Shown here: positions 10,962-21,345 of the stretch, piece by piece | How the letters are laid out: every line of letters begins with the position of its first letter | Position numbering within the stretch: position 1 is the stretch's first letter | Source: a virus | DNA: 64,000 nt | Strand: one strand, 5' to 3' | IMG/VR virus record: IMGVR_UViG_3300018080_000001 | Location: 64,001-128,000 of that record | The notes under the pieces: generated by a model | What the model was told of the DNA's origin: nothing | The model's input: the letters and a program-made list of their open reading frames with translations, nothing else | Databases searched by the model: none | Program-made: the position numbers and the translations under genes

Positions 10962-13423
10962 TACTTCTTCTTATTTGTCTCTACTTTAGTTTGTTTCAGC
11001 AACTCCGCTAAATTATAAGGTCTATTACCATTACCAAAATGCGCGTGTATAGGTCTCCCCCTATCATCTAGCCTACCACCCCAACCTCTAATTTGATTAA
11101 CGTTAATTGTTGTATCAACATTAGAATTCCACACAATACTGTGCTGCAAATTAACTATATTTGCATAATAATTTCGCTTCCTCCAAAAAATAGGTCTATT
11201 TACCATCAAACCAAACATAGGTACTACCGGAATAGATGTATTACGAGCTTCTGCATTAACCCTATTTAATTCAAGAGCACAAAAAAATTGAGCAGCTCTG
11301 TCACCTTCTAAAATACCCCAAACATTACCATCCATCACTCTAACACCCAGTATAGGAATCAACTCCTTTATCGAAGATATTTGATATCTTGTTTCTAAGT
11401 TATTCAGAGCTGTTTGATTCTTAAAATAATTGGGCTGCGCTCTATATACAGTAAGAACACCTTCATCCGTAGAAGTATTGCTAAAACCTAACTGTTCATG
11501 CTCTTCCACAGTAAATTCACGTTCATAATTAAACTCAGCTTTCTTCTCATAATTATATAATTCTAAATCAGCATCAAGCTTTGTAGTCTCAAAAACCATA
11601 CTGGTTAGTTTATCTACATCAGAATATTCACCGTCATATGATTTTGCAAAAATATCGTTATAACTGTTGTTAAAACTTTTATTCACGTCATCAACATAGC
11701 TATCTGCAATTCCATACTTACCCACGAATTCCCCCGGATCAAAATCAAAAAATGGCATTTCAAAGATCACATCGCCTTTAGGCGTAGCATAAAATCTAAA
11801 ATCAATTCTCTGCGCCAAATCATAAATATATGACAATCTATCCCTAAAATGAGAATGGATAGAGCTTATCGTACCCATCCCCCGATCCAAAACATCGCCC
11901 AAATTAGTATCCAAAGTAGCTGGGGCGAAGTAGTAAACTTTACCCCCGCCAACAGGATACTTGTCTAAATTAGTTCCTATAACAGTTATTATATCCTCTA
12001 TCTTCGGCATTCCCGACGTAAGCAATTCAGTAGGTATATCTTCATCTCGATCCAACATATCTGTTAAATCTATTTCCCTAACCCTGTGATGTATAATTTC
12101 ATTCCACTTATTTAAGTCCTCAATACCACTACCCAAAGCCTTATCCCCGGTTGAAGCTTCAGCCCCGTCATATTGAAAATATATATAGTGCAATCCTATG
12201 GCATCTGACCTACGCTTAAATCCAACATTACGAGAACTGGTCACAGCAGCCATATTCAATTTATCCAAGCGTTCTATTCTACCTGCTTGTTTATGTTTTC
12301 TAATTACGTTTTCTCCGGTCTCCGTAAGTGTCTCTGCCCTCACATCAGGACCAGGCAGTATTTTCTCTAGCTCATTCGGACTAATATTCATTATATTGGT
12401 CAAATAATTCAACCTGGCATCCGCATCCATATTAGCTATCTCACGCATTACCGTTTCATTAATAACTTTTTCCGCAGATTGCGAACCAAAAAATATTGTC
12501 TCTAATATTTCAAAAATAGTAAAACCTTCAAAAATTTCTTGAAAAGGAATTACCCCGGTGCTCGAAACAGTATTCAATTCTTCACGAAGAACATCCTCGA
12601 TATTAGGATCAGCTAAACCCGTAGACAATTGAATAAGAGAGTATCTGGCCATTTTTGTTACATCAGTACATGTAATTGTAACATTAGAACTTTTATTTAC
12701 ATCTGAATCCTCAGTATAACTCGTAACAAATCCGGTAAACATCCAATACCATCTGCGTGCGTCAAAAGGATCTCTAAACACTACGCGAACAGGATCATTA
12801 GAATGAAATACGCAATCACCTTCTTGAAAAGGATAATCATGTATAATACCACCCGGATATTTAACTAACTCCGACTCCGAATTGGTAGGATTAACTTTAC
12901 TCCGGTATCCCAATTTTTCCGTTATAACAGATCTCTTGATAGACCCCCACGGAGTCTCAGCATCATAGGCAACTGCTAATTTATTCTCCTCTTGTTCCCT
13001 TAAATTCATCAACTCTTTTTGTACTTCGCTACTAAAAGAATCGACACCAAGATTCTCATCACTAACACCGGAACTAATAGCATCCCAAAGATCCTGATTT
13101 AAATGCTGGAACTCATCTATATTATTATATTCACTCTTTTTTATAGTTCCATCTATATACTTGTTATAATTTGCAATAGATTGTCCTATTGCGATTAAAT
13201 CCTGATGTGTGATAATATAACGGTCTTCATGATTATTAAGGGTAATAGCGCAAGATCCTGGAGTTCTCTCCGCACTACCTCCAGATTGATTTACCCGCAC
13301 AGAAAGAACATCGTTAGTAATTTCTTGCCCATAAATAAATACTCTATACGCAGGAAAAGCTGTCCTATGTACAGTTCCACCGGCCAAAACATCTGCGTAT
13401 GCTACTTCGTCTAAACTTGCCAT
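10961..13423 (-). CDS. Baseplate hub protein (gp27/gpD-like)
   Basis: Motifs 'RVFIYGQEITNDV', 'MFTGFVTSYTE...VTITCTD', 'FRFYATPKGDVIFEMP'. Located upstream of the spike. Confidence 0.75.
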   Translation of the reverse strand: MASLDEVAYADVLAGGTVHRTAFPAYRVFIYGQEITNDVLSVRVNQSGGSAERTPGSCAITLNNHEDRYIITHQDLIAIGQSIANYNKYIDGTIKKSEYNNIDEFQHLNQDLWDAISSGVSDENLGVDSFSSEVQKELMNLREQEENKLAVAYDAETPWGSIKRSVITEKLGYRSKVNPTNSESELVKYPGGIIHDYPFQEGDCVFHSNDPVRVVFRDPFDARRWYWMFTGFVTSYTEDSDVNKSSNVTITCTDVTKMARYSLIQLSTGLADPNIEDVLREELNTVSSTGVIPFQEIFEGFTIFEILETIFFGSQSAEKVINETVMREIANMDADARLNYLTNIMNISPNELEKILPGPDVRAETLTETGENVIRKHKQAGRIERLDKLNMAAVTSSRNVGFKRRSDAIGLHYIYFQYDGAEASTGDKALGSGIEDLNKWNEIIHHRVREIDLTDMLDRDEDIPTELLTSGMPKIEDIITVIGTNLDKYPVGGGKVYYFAPATLDTNLGDVLDRGMGTISSIHSHFRDRLSYIYDLAQRIDFRFYATPKGDVIFEMPFFDFDPGEFVGKYGIADSYVDDVNKSFNNSYNDIFAKSYDGEYSDVDKLTSMVFETTKLDADLELYNYEKKAEFNYEREFTVEEHEQLGFSNTSTDEGVLTVYRAQPNYFKNQTALNNLETRYQISSIKELIPILGVRVMDGNVWGILEGDRAAQFFCALELNRVNAEARNTSIPVVPMFGLMVNRPIFWRKRNYYANIVNLQHSIVWNSNVDTTINVNQIRGWGGRLDDRGRPIHAHFGNGNRPYNLAELLKQTKVETNKKK

Positions 13424-13426
13424 TCT

Positions 13427-14212
13427 TTATCCCAAATCGTTCATAAATTCCCTACTCAGATTAGACACCAAAACACTATAAATATAATCCAATGAAGGAT
13501 AAGAATTCTGCGCCGTAAATCCAAAATTATAATTTACACTAAATGGTGTAGGTTCTGCGGAATCTGTAAACTCCAGAGGTCTATCAAAATGTCCAATAAA
13601 AGTAATGAGAGTATTACCAAATAAAGGACTGGAATATGTTATATAATAATAAACAGGTGCCCCACTTCTTGGGTCCATCACAGGTTCTCTAGTAAGCGTA
13701 TGCAAATTATGAAAATTAGCCAACTTAGCAGCGCCCGCCATACTTTTAGCAACACCTTTTTGTTCTAAACCAACTGCGGCATCCCTTTGAGCAATAGTTT
13801 CAGCGGATTTCTGGTTTAACCAATCAACCCCCTTTTCTATACGCCCGGATACCTCATTAACCCAACCCCCTTTTTTATACCCGCCGCGTTTAAGATTTAT
13901 ATTCCCTGTTTGTCCGGAAAACTCCATTTGAAGAATATCATTATTCCTACCGACCCTATTAGTCCAATGAACAAATACAGAACCACCTTGAGTATCTTTT
14001 TTAGTTATACGTTTAGATGAACGAAAAGAAACTGTATTAGGATTCACATGCATACTTACACCAGGAATTCCATAACGCAAGCGATAAGAAGAAGTTAGAT
14101 AAAAAGGTGTGCGCAAAGACACAGCCTCATACGGATTCAGTGCACGTTCCAGAGCTTTGGCAAAATTAGGGATACTACTAGTCTCATTAAATAATTGTGC
14201 AATGGCAGTCAT
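13427..14212 (-). CDS. Tail tube initiator / distal tail protein
   Basis: Motifs 'MHVNPNTVSF...T.GG.FVHW...FSGQTG', 'FIGHF...F..SA..PFSVNYNFGF'. Lies between the tape-measure genes and the hub. Confidence 0.65.
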   Translation of the reverse strand: MTAIAQLFNETSSIPNFAKALERALNPYEAVSLRTPFYLTSSYRLRYGIPGVSMHVNPNTVSFRSSKRITKKDTQGGSVFVHWTNRVGRNNDILQMEFSGQTGNINLKRGGYKKGGWVNEVSGRIEKGVDWLNQKSAETIAQRDAAVGLEQKGVAKSMAGAAKLANFHNLHTLTREPVMDPRSGAPVYYYITYSSPLFGNTLITFIGHFDRPLEFTDSAEPTPFSVNYNFGFTAQNSYPSLDYIYSVLVSNLSREFMNDLG

Positions 14213-17194
14213 CTAATCCTCCAATGTAAATATAGAAGGTAATCCACCCCATTCACCTTCTTTTTCTCTTCCTCGTTCTTTTTCAATCTCTCTCAACTGT
14301 ACCATGGGCGGCAACTCCTGCTTTCGAATAAAACGCGCCTCTTCTTTTTCCCGCCATTTAGCCGCATCCGTAGCTTCTTTCGTTACTTTACCCCCAGAAC
14401 CCCAGAAAGAAGCCCTATTAATATTAAGGGTATTTACTTTACCCCTAGTAAATTTAGGCATTGCTACACGTTTACTTGGATCTCTGGGTCCATAACCTTT
14501 ACCCAAGGTGCTATGATAAAAATAGGTAGCTCCACCCGTAGGATCTAAAGCACGACCCTCAAGAATTTTTCTAGCTAATTCACGACTCTCTTTAGTAGCT
14601 TCGCGTTTAGTTGCATAAGGGCGCATCTTCCCACCTTTAGTTGTGCCCTGTCTACCAAATCCCGTACCGCCTGTTATAACCTCTTCCAAAGTCTGTCCGA
14701 ACCCACCTTGTTTTAGTCTGTTTAAAGCAGTAAATCCAATTCCCGCAGCTTCAATTTCCCTAGTCCCTGTAAGCGGCTTACGACCCATTTCACTACGTAT
14801 CATTCGGGCCAATGCTTCTTCATCCACTTCACTATAAGAACGCATTCCCATTCTAGTTTCTGTAATAGCAGATTCATCCCCAAATAATAACCCACAACGT
14901 GGACAATTACCCATCAACATCAAATTAATATTACCTAATTGATCAGTTCCACTGGAGACTATAGACAGCTGGCCTCCAACCCATTGCTCTTCTTCCAATC
15001 TGATCTGACCTTCGGGTGTTTCTAGATAAGATTCTGCAATAGGAACTTCATAAGTAGCCTCTTCCGTCCCTACTTCTACGGGAACGGTTACAACTCTAAT
15101 AGTCTCCGTAGTAGGAGTATAGCGTTCCACCATACGGGGAACTTCCTCAGACCCCATACCAATTTGAGGTACAGAATGAGGAACTCTTATACGTACAGGA
15201 TTAAGTCTCGGATAAATAGAGGGTAAAACTTCTGCTCGTTCTTCTGGAGTTAACTTCTGTATTTCTTCCGAAGACAGAATTGCAATGGGTTGACCCTCTT
15301 GCTCCTTTTCCCCTTTACCTAATGGATCAAATTCTATAGCCCTAGCTAAATTATCAAAAGTTGATCCTAATATTGTTTTTCCCGATCTTTCAGCGGCACC
15401 TTTCATATCTCGTAAACCACCTATCATCTGTTTAAAACCTTTATCCATACCAGAAGACAGATCGCCTACTTTACTTAACAGTATTTCATTAGCCTCTTCA
15501 TCACCACGCAGGTAATTTATTATCATTTGTGGTACAGATCTAAAGAATCCAATCAAAGTAGCTAGTAGATTCCCCATTACACTGAGAATACCTTCACCCA
15601 TCTTAGAAATACCTTGCATCCATTCATTCATATTACGCTGAAATCTACTTTGTTTTTGCTTTTCAGTTTGAAGAGATTCCTGAATAGTCTTTATATTTTT
15701 ATCCACAATTTCTTCCGCTCTTTTTATATCTCCCTCATCTATCGCCCTTTTAACCATCATAATACTATTAGAACCCTCTACTCCCATCTTAAGACCGCTG
15801 GCTTCTTGTAAAATATATTTGGCTAAAGTTTCGTCACCTTGGGCAGCACGCAACACTACACCGCCCAATTTTTCTATAAATTTCATCAGTTCATCTTTTC
15901 TCCCACCTTCGGCGACCCTACTAAAAGCTTCCTGCATCTTTTGTATAGCGTCTAAGCCCTTACCAAAACCCATCTCCTCGCCAATCATCATCTTCCACTC
16001 ATTGGACATATTAACGATACTGGATGCCATCTGGGTTAAACCCATTGCCGCTTGTCTACCAGCAAATTGACGAGGAACACCCATTTTTTCAAAGCTATCT
16101 TGTAGAGTCATAGATAAATCAATAACATCATCAATATCAAATCCAAATTTCTGTAAGGAACCCGCCGCACTCTCCACATTTTTAGTAAATTGTTGAACAC
16201 CTATACCAGATTCCATACCCGCAGAAATCATCTTAAGCGTAGTGTCTCTTGCCTCACCTAAAGTCTTTCCATACTCGGATATATAAGTAATAGTCCTTCT
16301 GGCTGTATCACCACCCGCTAATTCCAACATCTTATCAATACCCAGGGTCAAAGTAAGATAATTATCAGCAACCCCGCGAATATCCGTATCTACTTCGCTT
16401 AGCATCTGTTCAATAGTCAATCCACCTTCGGCAAACGCTTGTGCAACCCCTTGAACTTCTTGCCTAGCAATACCATAAAATTGCTGTAGATTTTCCTGCA
16501 ATTTAGAAATATAATTGGTTCCTGATCGGACCATCCTATCTACAGCACTATCATACATAGTAATCAATATATTGGTTACTTCTCCAGCTTCACGTTGTAT
16601 TCTATCTCTCCGCTGAAAACCAAAAGCCATCCACATCACACCACCGGCTAAAATAGCACCTGGCAATGGTAAGTGTACTTTTCTTAACATACCTGTAATA
16701 GAATTCTTTAAACTTTTTACTTCTCTACCAATAACGCTTTTTTCAAATTTTCTCTGTTTTTCTCTGCGCTCCCTTTCCTTTCGCTTCTTCTCTTCTTCTT
16801 TTAGTTTCCGCTCTTCTTCATTAAAATCTATTTCCGTAACTACTTTATCTTGTTCCACAACCTCTTTTGTAACCTCATTAGACAATAAAGAAAATTTTTC
16901 TGTTGCGTCATCTAAAGTATTATTAAAAAGTGACAAAGAAATACCGGACTTCTCTGCAAAAGAAATAAATGTATTGGAAATAGCATTTTTTTGATTTTCA
17001 ATTAAATTTATAGTTTCTTCAATATTCTCTAAACCTTCTATATTCAACTCTTTAACGGCTTCTTTAAAATAATCTATAGAGTCAAGCATATCATCGAACG
17101 CATCTGCATTCTCATCAGAAACTTCAGCAATAGCAGATCCCAACTCGGTAAATCTGGTCTTTACTTCTTCTACTTGAGTTGGATCTACGAGCAT
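14213..17194 (-). CDS. Tape-measure-like protein 2 with C-terminal SleB/cell-wall-hydrolase (Hydrolase_2) domain
   Basis: Long helical protein. The C-terminal 'ALARMIRSEMG...ALNRLK...LEEVI...DPTGGATYFY' has the catalytic Glu pattern of the SleB family. Confidence 0.75.
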   Translation of the reverse strand: MLVDPTQVEEVKTRFTELGSAIAEVSDENADAFDDMLDSIDYFKEAVKELNIEGLENIEETINLIENQKNAISNTFISFAEKSGISLSLFNNTLDDATEKFSLLSNEVTKEVVEQDKVVTEIDFNEEERKLKEEEKKRKERERREKQRKFEKSVIGREVKSLKNSITGMLRKVHLPLPGAILAGGVMWMAFGFQRRDRIQREAGEVTNILITMYDSAVDRMVRSGTNYISKLQENLQQFYGIARQEVQGVAQAFAEGGLTIEQMLSEVDTDIRGVADNYLTLTLGIDKMLELAGGDTARRTITYISEYGKTLGEARDTTLKMISAGMESGIGVQQFTKNVESAAGSLQKFGFDIDDVIDLSMTLQDSFEKMGVPRQFAGRQAAMGLTQMASSIVNMSNEWKMMIGEEMGFGKGLDAIQKMQEAFSRVAEGGRKDELMKFIEKLGGVVLRAAQGDETLAKYILQEASGLKMGVEGSNSIMMVKRAIDEGDIKRAEEIVDKNIKTIQESLQTEKQKQSRFQRNMNEWMQGISKMGEGILSVMGNLLATLIGFFRSVPQMIINYLRGDEEANEILLSKVGDLSSGMDKGFKQMIGGLRDMKGAAERSGKTILGSTFDNLARAIEFDPLGKGEKEQEGQPIAILSSEEIQKLTPEERAEVLPSIYPRLNPVRIRVPHSVPQIGMGSEEVPRMVERYTPTTETIRVVTVPVEVGTEEATYEVPIAESYLETPEGQIRLEEEQWVGGQLSIVSSGTDQLGNINLMLMGNCPRCGLLFGDESAITETRMGMRSYSEVDEEALARMIRSEMGRKPLTGTREIEAAGIGFTALNRLKQGGFGQTLEEVITGGTGFGRQGTTKGGKMRPYATKREATKESRELARKILEGRALDPTGGATYFYHSTLGKGYGPRDPSKRVAMPKFTRGKVNTLNINRASFWGSGGKVTKEATDAAKWREKEEARFIRKQELPPMVQLREIEKERGREKEGEWGGLPSIFTLED

Positions 17195-19675
17195 CTATTC
17201 ACCTACTGCCTGAATTTCACCTTTAAGAACTGCGTCCCTAATATCTCCTTGGTCTATCATACTTCGCACGGTAATAGCCTGTACAGGCTGTTGGCTAACA
17301 AGACGTGTACTTTCCGTAGTAGGAACTCTCCTAGCCGGTGAAGGCATCCTCGGCGATTCTTGCACAGTCTGCGCAGCAGGCATACCCATTTCTTCCATGG
17401 CAGGAGTACTGGGTCTTTCTGTTATTTGTTGAAGAGGATAAGGAACCGGAGACATTCTCCCCCCCTCCTCTTCCCTTTGAAAAGACTCTTTTAAACTTTC
17501 TCTTTCCTCTTCTTCTATGATAACACCCTCTTTCCCCGGACCAAATGTATTATTCCACCAATCTGAAGTTTCTTCCATTATAGAATCTAACAGGAATCCG
17601 CGCATTCGTTGCGCTTTTACAGTTGATTCAACGGCTTCTTCCCTGGTCTGACCTAGAACAGCTTGCCTTAAAATAACAGCGGGCTCTCCCGTAAATCCTG
17701 CGCTAGGCCCAATAAAATCTGTCTTCAAAGCTTTTTTAACTGGTGCAACAATATCCTGTAACTTTCCCCCTAATTGAGTTCCTCCTAATTTCTTCGACCC
17801 TTCTGCTATGGTATCCACACCCTTTAGCAATGAATCAAATTGACCTTCCATAGCAGCGCTAATCTTATCCAGCGCTTTATTCCTTTCTTGCGCTGGCATA
17901 AACAAAGCCGAAATAGCAGCTATTAAACCTCGCCAACCTGCGATAGAAGCGCCTAATATACCTGTAAGAATCTCTAATACACCTTCACCAATCTTACTTA
18001 GACCTTCTATAAGCTGTCTCTGAGTTTTTTGCATTTCAGACATTTGCGTTCCTTCTGTCTGAAATACTTTTATCAACTTTTCTCTTTCAGCATTACCTAA
18101 TTCAGAGATTTTACGACCTTTTTCAAACTTAGCCGCTGCATCCGCAATATCCGTTGCCCCTTCATTACTAAAACCTTGTTGCTGTAAATAAAAAATTCTT
18201 TTATTCCTATCCGTACCCACCATTTCAGTAGATACACTAGAAACAGCCTCAATAGTTTTCTGCAAAAAACCTTCCGCTTTTCCCGCTGCAACCCTACGAA
18301 AACCTTCTTGAAACTGTTGTAACGTATCATAGATATCTCTACCCGGAGTTACTCTTTGCGCTACAAGTGCTCTGAAACCACCAGACATACCAGAAATACC
18401 CGCAGCAATACCACTCAGACCCCTTGCAGCCCTCTGACCAGCAAATTGCTTAGTAAGACCCATAGCCTCGTAGTGTTCCTGCAACTTACTCATTACACCT
18501 ACGACATCTTCAACATCAATTCCATACTGTGTAAGAGCTTGACTACCCGTCATTACACTGTCAACAAACCTACTAACACCCATTCCGGAGCGTTGGGCTG
18601 CAAACGTTAATCTTGTATATTTATCCGCAGCCTCATCTAATTGATCTCCGTATTCAGCAACTAATTTAATAACATTCTGGGACGAAGCCCCTGTAGCTAC
18701 ACCCCACATTTTATCCAGACCTAAAGTAACTGTCTCCACATTTGAACCAACAATACCTAAACGCTGATCAAATTTTTCCGTTAATTGATCTACTTCAAAT
18801 CCCGCATCTACAAATTGTTTAACTACCCTCTGTACTTCTTTACGCCCGATACCATAATAGTACTGTGCTTTTTCCTGAAAATCAGCAAACCAGCGAACTG
18901 CTTTATTCGTCTCCCTATCAAATATGCTATTGGTGGCAGCTTCAAATACATTAGCCACTTCACCACGTTCCGCTTGCTTTCTAACATCTTCCCGGATACC
19001 AAGAATCATCATCCCGAGAAGAGATCCTATAATACCACCTTTAATACCACCGGGAATACCACGGCCAACTGTGCCGACCATGGCGTCCTTCCCCTTTTCC
19101 AACTCTCCTCGTACTCGACCTGTAATTTCTTTCGTTAAAGCCTTCAACTGGCTTTCTGATTCTTCTACATCTTTTACCGCGTCTTTTGCACTTTTTGCAG
19201 CTCTCTCGGCTTTATCTAACGCCGCATCAGCCGTGGACTGTGCTGCTTCAGCAGCAGCCCCCGCAGTACCAGCATCCATCGCCAATGAACTAGATGGTAA
19301 AATATCGGATAAACGATCCTGAACTGTATCAGCTGTCTGCGCTCCAACACTATCCTTCAAAGTAAAACCGGAAATCTTAGTTATATTAGTAGCAATATCT
19401 TCCGCTTTTTTAGAAAACTCTTCCAAATTGCCAATAGTCAAACCCATGTGACTATTGTGCAAGTCATACATTGAATCCAATAAAGACGTGACATTTATTA
19501 CAGATTCAGATAAACCGTCAATATAACCTTTTAACTCAACTACATCAGTTTTTACACCTTTGGCCATCTCCTGAACAGCTGTACCAAAGTCTGTATAAAC
19601 CTCTTTTACATCCGAGACTTCGTTTATTAGTTCAGATAAATCAAAATTTATCACATATGACTGAGGATCAATCAT
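17195..19675 (-). CDS. Tape-measure-like protein 1
   Basis: 826-aa Ala/Gly-rich helical protein directly after the tail chaperones. Paralogous to 14213-17194. Confidence 0.75.
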   Translation of the reverse strand: MIDPQSYVINFDLSELINEVSDVKEVYTDFGTAVQEMAKGVKTDVVELKGYIDGLSESVINVTSLLDSMYDLHNSHMGLTIGNLEEFSKKAEDIATNITKISGFTLKDSVGAQTADTVQDRLSDILPSSSLAMDAGTAGAAAEAAQSTADAALDKAERAAKSAKDAVKDVEESESQLKALTKEITGRVRGELEKGKDAMVGTVGRGIPGGIKGGIIGSLLGMMILGIREDVRKQAERGEVANVFEAATNSIFDRETNKAVRWFADFQEKAQYYYGIGRKEVQRVVKQFVDAGFEVDQLTEKFDQRLGIVGSNVETVTLGLDKMWGVATGASSQNVIKLVAEYGDQLDEAADKYTRLTFAAQRSGMGVSRFVDSVMTGSQALTQYGIDVEDVVGVMSKLQEHYEAMGLTKQFAGQRAARGLSGIAAGISGMSGGFRALVAQRVTPGRDIYDTLQQFQEGFRRVAAGKAEGFLQKTIEAVSSVSTEMVGTDRNKRIFYLQQQGFSNEGATDIADAAAKFEKGRKISELGNAEREKLIKVFQTEGTQMSEMQKTQRQLIEGLSKIGEGVLEILTGILGASIAGWRGLIAAISALFMPAQERNKALDKISAAMEGQFDSLLKGVDTIAEGSKKLGGTQLGGKLQDIVAPVKKALKTDFIGPSAGFTGEPAVILRQAVLGQTREEAVESTVKAQRMRGFLLDSIMEETSDWWNNTFGPGKEGVIIEEEERESLKESFQREEEGGRMSPVPYPLQQITERPSTPAMEEMGMPAAQTVQESPRMPSPARRVPTTESTRLVSQQPVQAITVRSMIDQGDIRDAVLKGEIQAVGE

Positions 19676-20204
19676 CGATTGTTAACCTACTCCTATTTAT
19701 ATCCTTTTTTTCTTCGTCTTTCTTAAATAAATCCTCTTTATCTATTTCGTTACCATCTTCATCCACATAATCAATTTCATGTTCTCTTATATATTTAGAC
19801 TGGGGTGAATTCCAAATCGCATGTTTCCGCATCTCTTCTGGATCATCAAATAGAATATCCCCGTCATCAAATTCTTCCACGACTTCTAAGTCCTCCAAAG
19901 AATCTATTTCAACGGGTTTAATTTTTGCTTCTTCCTGTGCTTGAAATTCTTGGAATTTCTCCCCTACATCCTTCACCCATTCTCTTCTACCCACTATTAA
20001 AGACAATGGTATAAACTCGTCATCATCAGTCCTTCTCAAAAGACCATCATCGCCTTCAACCGGAACAATATCCAGTCCATAAATATGAAGTAAAGTCTTT
20101 TTCAAAGCCTTCATAAAAAACCGATAATCCTCGTACTTATTTTCCTCCTCAAATCTAGCGCTCTCGTACTCGAATAACCAACGGGTAGAATTCATCCGAT
20201 CCAC
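19668..20204 (-). CDS. Tail assembly chaperone, post-frameshift (GT-like) portion
   Basis: The frame is open, with no stop, from the slippery site at 20342-20348 into this ORF. Confidence 0.75.
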   Translation of the reverse strand: MDRMNSTRWLFEYESARFEEENKYEDYRFFMKALKKTLLHIYGLDIVPVEGDDGLLRRTDDDEFIPLSLIVGRREWVKDVGEKFQEFQAQEEAKIKPVEIDSLEDLEVVEEFDDGDILFDDPEEMRKHAIWNSPQSKYIREHEIDYVDEDGNEIDKEDLFKKDEEKKDINRSRLTIDD

Positions 20205-20269
20205 AGAAGGATCACTTATTAATATGTTCTTCCGGGCTAATACCCTTGATTTTATATGTAATTGATTCC

Positions 20270-20794
20270 TTATTGTTCTCCAGTAGGGGAAGGATCGGTC
20301 GAATTCGGATTCTCTTCCTTCTCCGAACCTTCCCCTGATGAGTTTTTTGCTGCTACTTGCGCCGCATCCCTGCGAGAACTAAGCGCATTATAAAAATCCT
20401 CAAGTTCTTGTACGAACGTAGGCGGACGTTCCGCTAACCATTCCATGAGATGCTCAGCCGCAAAATACTTTTTTGCGTACTTATTTTTAGATTCGTAACT
20501 ACGTCTAGAATCTTCATCCAAATCCAACCACTTTTGATCAAATAATTTATTTTCGACAGATGATCCATCTATCTCCCTGATGGACATAGCCAATGTAGGA
20601 AGACGCAAAGTTCTAGTGGCAGTCGCTACATTCGAAGGATCGATGAACCGAATACTCCAATTAAGTTCCTCTTCGGTAAGTAATCGAATAAGAAACTTAT
20701 GCTGATCCTTTATAAATATGTCCTGAAGTTCCTTGCCATCTAGTTCTTCAGCCAAATCGGTTAACACACGGAGGGGGTCTGTCTCGACGGACAT
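20270..20794 (-). CDS. Tail assembly chaperone (G-like)
   Basis: Sits between tube and tape measure. Ends 'AAKNSSGEGS...' over an A-AAA-AAC slippery heptamer. Confidence 0.82.
   Translation of the reverse strand: MSVETDPLRVLTDLAEELDGKELQDIFIKDQHKFLIRLLTEEELNWSIRFIDPSNVATATRTLRLPTLAMSIREIDGSSVENKLFDQKWLDLDEDSRRSYESKNKYAKKYFAAEHLMEWLAERPPTFVQELEDFYNALSSRRDAAQVAAKNSSGEGSEKEENPNSTDPSPTGEQ
20285..20348 (-). promoter_or_regulatory. -1 programmed ribosomal frameshift signal (A AAA AAC plus downstream stem-loop)
   Basis: Heptamer at 20342-20348, then a 5-nt spacer. The stem AGGGGAAGGTTCGG / CCGATCCTTCCCCT pairs at 13 of 14 positions (20323-20336 with 20285-20298). Confidence 0.85.
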
Positions 20795-20851
20795 GAGCTT
20801 TCGCTCCTTTCTCTCGTATACTACGAGGTACTAATTGTAAACTTCCACTCC

Positions 20852-21298
20852 TTAGAAGTAATCTTTTCTCACATAATCAATTGCGGCATTGACCCTAACA
20901 ACTTTATCCCCATCAGCTGGAAGATTTCTTCCAAGAGATGTAAACCAACAACCAGAATACACAATAATAGCGGTAGAACCATCTGGATTTGCCCACGTTT
21001 CTTTAATACTAAGAGGGTTAGTTTGATCCGTTAACATAGTGAGATCAAAATTAATACCCCATGCCTGCTCCATACGTTTATTAAAAAGATCAACTCTATT
21101 AACATTAATAGTAGTTCCTGTGATATTCATAGGAACTCGTTCATAAATCTCACCCGCAGTAGCAGAATTCAATTCATATACTGGTGTAGTTGGTCTGGCT
21201 TCGTTCGGAGCCCAACTTTGTATCAGACCCACAGTTATACCATTAACCCGGATAGTAACTGCATGACTAGATCTAACTGATGTGTTTGGAACTGGCAT
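20852..21298 (-). CDS. Tail tube protein
   Basis: 148 aa directly after the sheath. Motifs 'VGLIQSW...VYEL...', 'YSGCWFTSLGR...V.VNA.IDY'. Confidence 0.85.
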   Translation of the reverse strand: MPVPNTSVRSSHAVTIRVNGITVGLIQSWAPNEARPTTPVYELNSATAGEIYERVPMNITGTTINVNRVDLFNKRMEQAWGINFDLTMLTDQTNPLSIKETWANPDGSTAIIVYSGCWFTSLGRNLPADGDKVVRVNAAIDYVRKDYF

Positions 21299-21345
21299 TT
21301 ATCTTACCACCTTTTAATTTGTAGTATCTCCGTTCTCCTGCTCAA

